From assembly GCA_041678665.1 (NCBI GenBank), contig JBAYNU010000003.1:12008-76007 (forward strand): a DNA stretch of 64,000 bases, written 5' to 3'. Positions within the stretch are counted from its first letter, which is position 1, and each line of letters starts with the position of its first letter. The notes under the pieces are model-generated. The model did no database searches, had not been told where the DNA came from, and saw only the letters and a list, made by a program, of their open reading frames with translations. The position numbers and the translations under genes are program-made. This document shows, piece by piece, positions 28,678-37,232 of the stretch. This DNA comes from Candidatus Magasanikiibacteriota bacterium. Its GTDB lineage: Bacteria > Patescibacteriota > Patescibacteriia > Magasanikbacterales > GWA2-37-8.

Positions 28678-30936
28678 TTAATAATTAATTATTTCGTCAT
28701 CGCTAAGAATGCCGACATTTTTGTTTTCGACCTTTATATCCCCAAAATCAACTGGGGAAATTCTTTCAATAATAATTTTTCTCTCCTTGTCTTTTTTGGC
28801 GTAAAATTTCAGACCGGCCTTTTCAAGATTAACAGAAATTATTTTCATCATCCGCAATAGCCGGCTCGGTGTTTGTGGCCATTGCCAATTTTTTTCAATT
28901 TTTATATTCAAATCTAATGCGACAGATTCCATTTCGGACAATAATTCTGACGGCGTATTTTCGATATAATTTGTCCGACCGTCGTTAAACATTTTCAACA
29001 ACACCAATGCGAGCGGACTTTCTTTTATGACCTCATCGTTTTGTTGTTGGAGTTTTTCGGAGTAGGCATCCAAAAATTTTTGTTTTCCGATATTTAATGC
29101 TTCGGCAATGGCGCAACCCCACTCCGCCCAGTCGGCCATCCGCGGTTTTTCTGCAAGCCTTATTTGAGGTTTGATATTAATCGCTTTCACGAGAGTATCA
29201 AAACACGCCCCGAGTATTTTGGGTTTTATGGCATTAAATTGGACTGATAACTCGGATTCTGTTTTTCTTTCCGTTTCAGAGATTCTCTCTAATTCAATAA
29301 GGAGTGAGCGGTCAAGAAGGTCGGGTTTATTTGCCACTACATTGATACCGTTAACGCCGAGGGGAATTTGAATATTATAAATAAAGTCGTCGTCATCCGA
29401 ATATAGAACGCGTTTACTGAATCCTTCTCCTGTGCACGCACGGCAAAATGCGTCACTTAGGTCATTTGACATTTTCGACAAATTATCAAACAGGCAAAGC
29501 CAGTGGTGGGAAGCTATTTGTGTAAATTCGCGGATATTCTCAATCGGGGGCAAGGTTTTGATTGCGGAAGGATCAACCAAACTTTTCATTATTCTGAACA
29601 CCGTGCTTTTGGATGACCCTTGAAGTCCTGATAAAACAATCACAGGATGAGGGAAGCCGCAAATATAGCAGGATAGAAGATAAACCAAAAAAACAATTTG
29701 ATCGTTTTCCTTTTTTAGATTAATGAATTTCAGCAATTCCTCTATATTGCCACCGCGTTCTGGGGCAACTTGCTTTTGTTGATGTCTAAATCGTTTAAAA
29801 AGTATTGGTGGATTCGATACGATTTCCCAACCGGTAGCACTAATTTTTACCGCTTGCTCACCGAGATCAAACCATAAATTATCCTCACAGTGCGCAATGC
29901 GGACATTAAGAAAAATAGGCATTTCTTTTTGGGCTTCCATTCGTAAATGGGCACAGACATTTTCAATCGTATCCTTACCTATCGTTTTGTTGTTGTTCAA
30001 ATAATACTGGCTGAATATCCAATCCTTAAATTCCCTTGAATCAATGGCAATAACTTTTGTGCCGTCGCCGTTAACCGCCGCCCAAGTCGAATTTTTATCA
30101 TCCACAAACACTTTTAACTTTGTTGTTGCCAAGAAATCAATTAATTCAACGGCCTTGCTTTGTCTGCTCTCATCACCGCCTAATTTATCAACGCCGAGTG
30201 GCTGCGGTGATGTTCTCTCTCGTTCGCAAATACTTTCAAAGACAGATCGGAGTTCGTCGTCAGCCAGCGGGGGAGTATTTTTTTGGTTCAATTTTTGTAA
30301 TCTGAACCAGACATCATTCTCCCAAAGCTGTGGAGGAAATCGTTTTAATAATTTTCCAACTATGGAGGCGGCTTGGGTATTTCTTTGGCCTTCTTTCACC
30401 CCATTATTTAATAGGCCACCAAATTCTTTATCTATTTTTCCTTCCGAATCATTACCTTGTAGACTCAAAAGTATCTCTTTGGGCAACTCGGCAATAGGAG
30501 TGGTATCTGGTGAATTTATCCATTCGTATGTTTTTGTAGAATCGATAATTGACGGCGGTGCTACTACACATCTGCCTTCTGCGCGAATATCAATATTCCG
30601 CCATTTCCTGACATCGTTTTTTATTTTTATATTAGGATTTCTGAAATAATAATGACGCCCGTTGTTTCCGGTTTTTGCCGAAACGGTCAACGGTAAATTA
30701 TCTATTCTACCGTTATCGTCGATGTCAATTACGAGTAAATCAGAAATTTGGCCGGTGATAATTATAATATTGGCTTTATTGGAATCAAACCATTGGTGCA
30801 GCTCAATATCTGTCGGTAATTTTGTTTGATACTCTTTCCACGATTTTAACAACGGCTTTTTTTCTCTATCATCACCGGGAACGACAGAAAAACCCATTGC
30901 TACATATTCTTTTGCCACTTCATATTTTGTTTTCAT
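28678..30936 (-). CDS. Bifunctional primase/polymerase + PriCT-1 + P-loop helicase replication protein
   Basis: LVIDID, KTGNNGRHYYF, DIRAEG..VVAPPS; EGQRN..PPL..EL; GLQGSSKST, DLLDRS. Confidence 0.88.
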   Translation of the reverse strand: MKTKYEVAKEYVAMGFSVVPGDDREKKPLLKSWKEYQTKLPTDIELHQWFDSNKANIIIITGQISDLLVIDIDDNGRIDNLPLTVSAKTGNNGRHYYFRNPNIKIKNDVRKWRNIDIRAEGRCVVAPPSIIDSTKTYEWINSPDTTPIAELPKEILLSLQGNDSEGKIDKEFGGLLNNGVKEGQRNTQAASIVGKLLKRFPPQLWENDVWFRLQKLNQKNTPPLADDELRSVFESICERERTSPQPLGVDKLGGDESRQSKAVELIDFLATTKLKVFVDDKNSTWAAVNGDGTKVIAIDSREFKDWIFSQYYLNNNKTIGKDTIENVCAHLRMEAQKEMPIFLNVRIAHCEDNLWFDLGEQAVKISATGWEIVSNPPILFKRFRHQQKQVAPERGGNIEELLKFINLKKENDQIVFLVYLLSCYICGFPHPVIVLSGLQGSSKSTVFRIMKSLVDPSAIKTLPPIENIREFTQIASHHWLCLFDNLSKMSNDLSDAFCRACTGEGFSKRVLYSDDDDFIYNIQIPLGVNGINVVANKPDLLDRSLLIELERISETERKTESELSVQFNAIKPKILGACFDTLVKAINIKPQIRLAEKPRMADWAEWGCAIAEALNIGKQKFLDAYSEKLQQQNDEVIKESPLALVLLKMFNDGRTNYIENTPSELLSEMESVALDLNIKIEKNWQWPQTPSRLLRMMKIISVNLEKAGLKFYAKKDKERKIIIERISPVDFGDIKVENKNVGILSDDEIINY

Positions 30937-30955
30937 ATTATTTTTTGATTATTTT

Positions 30956-31198
30956 TTATTGGTAGATAAGATTTTTTAATTCTTTGAGTGCGTAGTAAAA
31001 ATTTGTTGGCTCAACACAGACTTGGCGATTGCGGTATTTTTCGATTAAGTCGTTTAGTTTGGCGTCCGCTTCCGTGTAGAATATTGCCCGACCGCCGACC
31101 TTGCGACTAATGTTGATTGACCGTCCCTGTGTATATAGGTAGGCCATTAGGGGTAAGTCAGTTGTCTCAAAGTTTTTGTTTTGTTTCTCAGTATTCAT
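30956..31198 (-). CDS. DUF5659-like small protein
   Basis: TTDLPLMAYL...VEP..FY..LKELK pattern, upstream of primase. Confidence 0.65.
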   Translation of the reverse strand: MNTEKQNKNFETTDLPLMAYLYTQGRSINISRKVGGRAIFYTEADAKLNDLIEKYRNRQVCVEPTNFYYALKELKNLIYQ

Positions 31199-31344
31199 AT
31201 TTGTTAATTTTTATTTTATTTAAGTCTGTAATTAGTGTAATAAAAATTAGACCAACTTATAATTAATCGCGGCTATCTCTTAAAAATTAAAAAAACGGCT
31301 TTGTTTAGCCGTTTCTTTATGAAGTTACTAACATTGGCCAAAGG

Positions 31345-32016
31345 TTAACCAGAGGTTTCGGTTATATATTCAACATTATAATGTTTATTTATTCTAAAAC
31401 CGCTTGTTCTGCTCTCAACAATAAAATCCTCGGTGTTATCTACTTTTTCTCTAAAATTTTTATTAATTTTCTTAATAGCATTTGATGTAATAATATCTTT
31501 ATTTTTTTCGCTTTTTTGTTTTTGTGTTTTTTTACCGTCCAATTCGTTATATTCTTTGATTTTTTCAATAATGTCTCTAATTCGTAGGGGTTTTGAAGAA
31601 AGAACCAGCGAGCGAACTAGTTGGAATCTATCGCCGCTTACATTATAAATTTTTGTTTCATCGTCTTTTTTATATATACCATTAATATTCGACAATACGA
31701 CGTCGATTATGTCTGGGCTTACTGAGATAAATTGTTTTTTATTATCACCAGTTTCAGTTGACGAATAATAATTTTGAAAATTTTTTCCTTTACCCACCAA
31801 GACATATCTATTCCAATTACTGGGGGCAAAATCGATGACATTAATAATTTTTCTATTATGTAAACTCCGTAAAATTTTGAAGTATAATTTCAGACTAAAT
31901 CCGTCAGGGCAAACATTGTTGGCGTCTAAAATAATTGAATCTTTCCGCTCGGATTCAATGTTTAGTTTTATGTGTTTGATTATATTGTTTTCAACCAAAT
32001 CAATGTCTGTATTCAT
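31345..32016 (-). CDS. Hypothetical protein, possible C-terminal winged helix
   Basis: Long AT-rich ORF; ends AIKKINK...SGFRIN like OmpR-type wings. Confidence 0.6.
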   Translation of the reverse strand: MNTDIDLVENNIIKHIKLNIESERKDSIILDANNVCPDGFSLKLYFKILRSLHNRKIINVIDFAPSNWNRYVLVGKGKNFQNYYSSTETGDNKKQFISVSPDIIDVVLSNINGIYKKDDETKIYNVSGDRFQLVRSLVLSSKPLRIRDIIEKIKEYNELDGKKTQKQKSEKNKDIITSNAIKKINKNFREKVDNTEDFIVESRTSGFRINKHYNVEYITETSG

Positions 32017-32061
32017 ATTAGTTTCATTTTATATGTATTTTAAGCCATTATCGGCCCGAGG

Positions 32062-32736
32062 TCAACCCTTTGTATCCCCGTATGTGGGGTAATACTTTTC
32101 ACCGTTTTCCATAGTGACCCCGCCGTCCGCGTTTATCATCTCCTGCATTGCTTCGTGTATTTTGTTAAATTGGTCAGGAAATCTTTTCGCAAGTTCCCCC
32201 AAATTGTTTGGATTATCCGGATTGGTCGCGTCTTCATAAGCCCTCAATTGGTCTCCCTGTCCGCCAGCCATTATCTCCTCAATTTTAATAGTGGTTTTGC
32301 TTTTGCTAAGATTCCAACCCTGAATGTCGGCAAAATTTGTTTGCATTCTCTGAAATTTTTCCAAGGCAATCATTTTTTCAAACGGACGCCAATTTTTTGC
32401 CTTATTTTTCTCCGCGATGTGCATAGCCGCTTGCTCAATTACATCTTCCATTTGAGCAATATATACTTCACGCAATCTTTCAAAGTGGTCGCGGCGTTCC
32501 CACTTGTTTGATACCCGATTTTGCCGATAATATTCGGCGATGTCCCTTTCCAATGTTCTGAGGGTAATTTGTCCCCAATGTTTTGCGGAATTTAACCTGT
32601 TAATCTCGGCCAAAATAGATCGCATAGACAGGCCCGCGACTTTAAGGGAAATTTCCATTTCCCTGCGTTCTTCCAGCAAATTCATTGGCACGGGGTTTCT
32701 ACCCGCGTTGGTGGGGGGTAGCGACATTTCCGACAT
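32062..32736 (-). CDS. HTH protein (terminase small subunit-like position)
   Basis: ERRE...LKVAGLSMRSI...TLERDI N-terminal HTH, downstream of ParB/MTase. Confidence 0.6.
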   Translation of the reverse strand: MSEMSLPPTNAGRNPVPMNLLEERREMEISLKVAGLSMRSILAEINRLNSAKHWGQITLRTLERDIAEYYRQNRVSNKWERRDHFERLREVYIAQMEDVIEQAAMHIAEKNKAKNWRPFEKMIALEKFQRMQTNFADIQGWNLSKSKTTIKIEEIMAGGQGDQLRAYEDATNPDNPNNLGELAKRFPDQFNKIHEAMQEMINADGGVTMENGEKYYPTYGDTKG

Positions 32737-32759
32737 AAAATTACTTTATAAAATACATT

Positions 32760-33731
32760 TTAGGTATTGGCTAAAATTTCTTTTTTAATATGTTCGGCCA
32801 GTGCCCTCATAAAAGGCGGCATTACCGCGTTGCCGATTCTGGCCCATTGCTCTTTGTGGGTGCCGAGAAACTGAAAGTCGTCGGGAAAACCGGCCAACCG
32901 TTTCAACTCCTGAATGGTCAAATATCTGTTTTCAACCCAATGAAAAAGGCAAGCGGTTTTTGTAATGGTCGGGCACGGTTTATGCCTTGCTATTCGTTGG
33001 CAATTAAAATATTTACCGTTGTTATACTTTGCGCCGGTTTCACCCTCTCTACATTTCAACAAAACTTTTTTAATGGTAGTTATTCCGGGTATCTCTCTCG
33101 GTTCGGTAATAATTAAATTTTGTAGCGCCTCTTGAACGGTGATTATTTTGCCAGTCGGTTGAGGAAATGAGGGGATAACATTAAAATCTTTTCTGACGCC
33201 AATCCAAATTAACCTGCGGCGCGATTGTGGCACGCCGTAATTGGCGGTGTTCATCAATTGGCATTTAACATTATAATTCAGGGATTTTAGCCCGGTCATT
33301 ATCTCAATAAATCGTCCGCGCATTTTACCCTTAACCATTCCCGAAACATTTTCCATTAAAAAAACTTTGGGCTGTAATCCGTCAACCAATCGCACAAATT
33401 CCTTGAATAAATTATTGCGCGGATCGTTAACCTGTCTTTTGCCGGCAGTAGAAAAACCCTGACAAGGTGGTGAGCCGTCAAAAACATCTAATTCGCCGCG
33501 TTTGATTTGGCAGAATGACAATATCTCGTCGGTGCTAACGGCGGCAATATTCTTTTGCCATACGGGCACATCGGGAAAATTGCTTTTGAATGTTTGAACC
33601 GAGTTAGATTCCCATTCAATCGCCAGTAATTCCTTAAATTCGGCCATTCGGTATCCCAATGAGCTGCCGCCGCACCCGCTGAATGTAGAAATTACCGTCG
33701 GTGCCGTCGTTGTTGTCGGTAATGTGTTCAT
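32760..33731 (-). CDS. DNA (cytosine-5) methyltransferase
   Basis: FSGCGG, GSPPCQGFS, ENV, QSRRR, GNAV; start ATG 33731. Confidence 0.95.
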   Translation of the reverse strand: MNTLPTTTTAPTVISTFSGCGGSSLGYRMAEFKELLAIEWESNSVQTFKSNFPDVPVWQKNIAAVSTDEILSFCQIKRGELDVFDGSPPCQGFSTAGKRQVNDPRNNLFKEFVRLVDGLQPKVFLMENVSGMVKGKMRGRFIEIMTGLKSLNYNVKCQLMNTANYGVPQSRRRLIWIGVRKDFNVIPSFPQPTGKIITVQEALQNLIITEPREIPGITTIKKVLLKCREGETGAKYNNGKYFNCQRIARHKPCPTITKTACLFHWVENRYLTIQELKRLAGFPDDFQFLGTHKEQWARIGNAVMPPFMRALAEHIKKEILANT

Positions 33732-33732
33732 A

Positions 33733-34395
33733 TTAATTGAACTTGTAGCCGCACTTCGGGCAAGTGTGCTCGGTCTCAATATTTTCACTAAATTCTGGCT
33801 GCTCTAACTGCGACGGATTGGGAATATAGTCATCGGTTAAGACGGTATCGACGACACCGACATTATTTTTTTGTAATGAGCACCTGTCCAAGATATTGGC
33901 CGTTAATAATTGGCGCAAGTTATTGCCATTCTGAATAAAGTCGGTCAAAAATTCCTTGTTAAAACCCGTGCCCTCTAATTTTGCAAGTTCGCTTTCCTTT
34001 TCGGCCAATTCTCTCAATATTAGGCCCAATTTGTCAATTTCCCAGCCGCCGCTGATGTTATTTGCCGCTAAATTAGCCAATTTTTCGCGTTCTGGGGGCC
34101 ATTCTACCTCACGGTATGCAAATCTATTGCCTTTGGCCTCAATGTAGCCACCGGCGAGAGATTTGGAGTCCGTGGCTTGTTCAAATAGGTCCGTTATGAC
34201 GACTTCTGCGTCCGGGGCTATTTCAAGCAACCATTTGACCCTTTGATGGCCGCCGATCAAGTTGCCGGTGGCGCGGTTGAAAATTATGCCGCTTAAATCG
34301 CCCAGATCCGCTAAACTGGTTTTAAGCAAAGAAAAACTGGAATCTGAAATTTGGCGGGGATTCCAATCGGCGAGGTGTAAATCTTTTACTTTCAT
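33733..34395 (-). CDS. Phage-type ParB-like protein with C-terminal Zn finger
   Basis: ADWNPRQIS, IGGHQR, ANNISGGW, CPKCGYKF. Confidence 0.85.
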   Translation of the reverse strand: MKVKDLHLADWNPRQISDSSFSLLKTSLADLGDLSGIIFNRATGNLIGGHQRVKWLLEIAPDAEVVITDLFEQATDSKSLAGGYIEAKGNRFAYREVEWPPEREKLANLAANNISGGWEIDKLGLILRELAEKESELAKLEGTGFNKEFLTDFIQNGNNLRQLLTANILDRCSLQKNNVGVVDTVLTDDYIPNPSQLEQPEFSENIETEHTCPKCGYKFN

Positions 34396-34419
34396 AGAAT
34401 TGATAAATTAATAATAAAT

Positions 34420-34896
34420 TTAGTAGTTAGTTAGACACAAATTACCTACCGAAATTTTGTTTTCAAATAATGACCATTCGATCTCGCCCCAATCCTTAAT
34501 TGGTTTATTTAGATCAAGAATAACGACGGCCAATCTTTCTAAATTTTCATCCCAATTAACATATTTGGTTGGAAAGATTGATTTGCCAACGACAGTCGTC
34601 CCTTTCCAATATGTAAAATTTGTTTCAGAATTAGTATTTTCATAGAGGCGATTGCGGGGTATGTTAATTTGTAAATCGCCACCCTCCAACCCGATCCTTT
34701 GTCTGGTCATTTGGTTTGCGTAAGTATTACCGGTTTTTGTGTTTATAATTATGTGGTCATAATCTACAAAATCCGGCAAAACTTTTGTGTAATAAGACCT
34801 TATTTTGTCTCTAACGCGTTTGAGTTGGATATTAACACGGCCAAATTCATTGGCAATTTGTTTATATTCCCGTCTTGTTTGTGCTTCGTTAGGCAT
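34420..34896 (-). CDS. Hypothetical protein
   Basis: 158 aa ORF behind a consensus promoter and structured leader. Confidence 0.7.
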   Translation of the reverse strand: MPNEAQTRREYKQIANEFGRVNIQLKRVRDKIRSYYTKVLPDFVDYDHIIINTKTGNTYANQMTRQRIGLEGGDLQINIPRNRLYENTNSETNFTYWKGTTVVGKSIFPTKYVNWDENLERLAVVILDLNKPIKDWGEIEWSLFENKISVGNLCLTNY

Positions 34897-35059
34897 ATTG
34901 TGATTAAATACTTAATAAAAAAAGGGTTCGGGCAAAATGTGTAGCCCGCCAAAATGATAATATTCATTTTGGATTGGACTTTACACATCTCGCCTGAACC
35001 CTTTGGGATCAAGCGTGTGTTGTTTGTTTCAACACACGAGAGTGTTTAGTTGTGATTGT

Positions 35060-35089
35060 ATTATAATCTATGGGGCGGGTGAGTGTCAA
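35060..35089 (-). promoter_or_regulatory. Consensus sigma70 promoter
   Basis: TTGACA-18-TATAAT on minus strand. Confidence 0.75.
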
Positions 35090-35099
35090 TATGTCGAAA

Positions 35100-36002
35100 T
35101 TAATTATAAGAATTAATGATACCGTCATCGGCACCATAAAAACACATCGGTGTATAACCAGACCAACACCATTGCCACGATCTCCCAGTTCCGTAGTTAG
35201 AAGGATTAGCCGAGCTCGGATTTCCTCGCTCCGATTTTAACATATCCAAACTCATACCAATCCAAATTTCATTATTTGCCAAGCGGTCGCAGGTTGAATG
35301 TCCCCACTCTGGGTGTTTGTTGCATATACGCCCCGCCCTTGAATTATCCCATTCGGCATCCTCTCTACCGATTTTTGCTGATTCTATGTCATCTTTCTGT
35401 TTCTGATTGGTATATTCTTTGTTTGTCATTAACGCGTCGCTCTCTATCCAAGCCACTATTTTCGTGTTGTCTCTATTGGTAGTTTTTATAAGCGATTTGT
35501 TATTGACTGTATCTTCCTCATACACATCCGCTTTAACTCCCGAATCAACAAAATATTCATCGGCATATTCTTTATTTTCGTAATTAGCTAAATCAAATTC
35601 AGAATAAGTATTATCCGGTCCTATCGGATTAATGAATTTATTATTAATGATACTATAAATCACCATTTCTTTTATAGGTTGTTTGCCATTGATGTATTCG
35701 GTAGTAAATTTTATTTTAGAAGCTATATCCGCCTGTCTTTTCGCAATGGATTGCTTTTGAGATTGCTCTTGTTGCGATTGTAGAAATGTAGTTGATATTA
35801 TGCCGATAAACATCATCGTGATCGTTAGCCAAACTAATATGCCAAGTGGTGATTTAAGAGAAAACCACATTTTAAAAGGATTGCTTTTTTCTTTTATTTT
35901 ATTCACCACTGGTTTGGGTGGAATCTGACTTTTACAATGCTTGCAAATAATAGCGTCTGATAAGACTTCTTCGGCGCAGAATGGGCATTTTATGTTTGAC
36001 AT
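35100..36002 (-). CDS. Zinc-ribbon + TM exported-domain protein
   Basis: CPFCAE..CKHC, one TM, C-terminal IGMS...RGNP (SmpA/BamE-like) pattern. Confidence 0.75.
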   Translation of the reverse strand: MSNIKCPFCAEEVLSDAIICKHCKSQIPPKPVVNKIKEKSNPFKMWFSLKSPLGILVWLTITMMFIGIISTTFLQSQQEQSQKQSIAKRQADIASKIKFTTEYINGKQPIKEMVIYSIINNKFINPIGPDNTYSEFDLANYENKEYADEYFVDSGVKADVYEEDTVNNKSLIKTTNRDNTKIVAWIESDALMTNKEYTNQKQKDDIESAKIGREDAEWDNSRAGRICNKHPEWGHSTCDRLANNEIWIGMSLDMLKSERGNPSSANPSNYGTGRSWQWCWSGYTPMCFYGADDGIINSYN

Positions 36003-36300
36003 AAAAATAAATTAAAAATAAAAATGGACACCCAAGACCTGCGAACTACAAAGGTGTCCCGAGAGACGCCGTTTGTGTTTGGTCTGGGTGCCCATTCCAA
36101 TACACAAACGACAAAGCGGTTAAGCTTTTTGCTTCTCTCGGTAATAATATCTTGTAGTTCGCAGGGTTATTATAGGCCAAACGGGGTAAAAAGTAAATAG
36201 GGGTAAATATAAAATGAATTTTATATTGTTAAAAATGCTAATTATAGGCAAAAATTCAATATTTTTAAATAGGATTGTCAATGTTGTTAACAGTCGGCAG

Positions 36301-36329
36301 TTGACATAGTTTGGGTTATCGGCTATACT
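36301..36329 (+). promoter_or_regulatory. Sigma70 promoter of GHKL operon
   Basis: TTGACA-17-TATACT. Confidence 0.75.
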
Positions 36330-36371
36330 GATATAAATAGTTTCATTATTTATATCAAATTCACATAACTT

Positions 36372-36599
36372 ATGTCAGAAATAAAAGAAGAAAACAGATC
36401 AGCTCGCTTTAAGCGAGTTGCGGAACGCAGAACAAAAGCGGTTTTGCGGTCTATTCGAATTTTGGGTAATTGTTCAAATAAAAGCGCCTATCAATACTCG
36501 GACGAAGAAATAGCCAAAATTTTTAAGGCTATTGAAGATCAAATACGTTTAACCAAGGCTCGATTTCAAAAATCGAAAAATATTAAATTTACCCTATAA
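36372..36599 (+). CDS. Small helical hypothetical protein
   Basis: RFKRVAERRT...LGNCSNK..Y.YS; first gene of operon. Confidence 0.8.
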   Translation: MSEIKEENRSARFKRVAERRTKAVLRSIRILGNCSNKSAYQYSDEEIAKIFKAIEDQIRLTKARFQKSKNIKFTL

Positions 36600-36602
36600 T
36601 TT

Positions 36603-37220
36603 ATGACAAATAATTTAGCAGGCCTGTCGCGAGCAGAAAAAATTATACTTGTGATGTATAAGATGAGTGAGGGGACAAAAAAAAATTTGAAATACGAGGA
36701 CATTGTGGTCGGTGCATTTAAGATGTTTGCCGAAAATTTTCATTTGAGAGGATACTCTGAATATCCCGATTCTGGGGACTTAGTTCATAAACCACTGTAT
36801 GATTTTAGAAAAAAAGGATTAATAGAAGCTAATAATAAAGTTTTTTCCTTAACCGATCGCGGAATATCCTTTGCAGAACAAGTTGAAATACAAGCAAGCG
36901 GGAAACAAGTTGGTTACAGCGGAAGGTTGTCCAGATTCACGGAAAAGGAAGTGGCGCGTATTGAGACGACGGAAGGATTCCAACTTTTCGTTGATGGCAA
37001 AACAGATAAAATTACGGACACCGATTTTTTTAACTACATTGGGGTAACTCCGCGCACATCAAAAAATGATTTCCTCGGGCGTTTTGATACGGTATGTAGT
37101 GCCGTTGAAGAATTAAATAATCAAAAAAATTTACCATTTATTCGCGAAAAAATTGATCCCTACCATAAATTTATGCTTGAAAAATTTCAAAGTATAATAT
37201 CACATTATCAAACTAAATAA
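36603..37220 (+). CDS. Winged-helix-like hypothetical protein
   Basis: FHLRGYSEYPDS...KKGLI...SLTDRG wing motif. Confidence 0.75.
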   Translation: MTNNLAGLSRAEKIILVMYKMSEGTKKNLKYEDIVVGAFKMFAENFHLRGYSEYPDSGDLVHKPLYDFRKKGLIEANNKVFSLTDRGISFAEQVEIQASGKQVGYSGRLSRFTEKEVARIETTEGFQLFVDGKTDKITDTDFFNYIGVTPRTSKNDFLGRFDTVCSAVEELNNQKNLPFIREKIDPYHKFMLEKFQSIISHYQTK

Positions 37221-37232
37221 CTTCCCTTTACT

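Noticed and set aside
30044-30649. 201-aa plus-strand ORF inside island 1
   Set aside because: Entirely antisense to the primase-helicase, with no motifs; the same applies to the other short nested ORFs in the track
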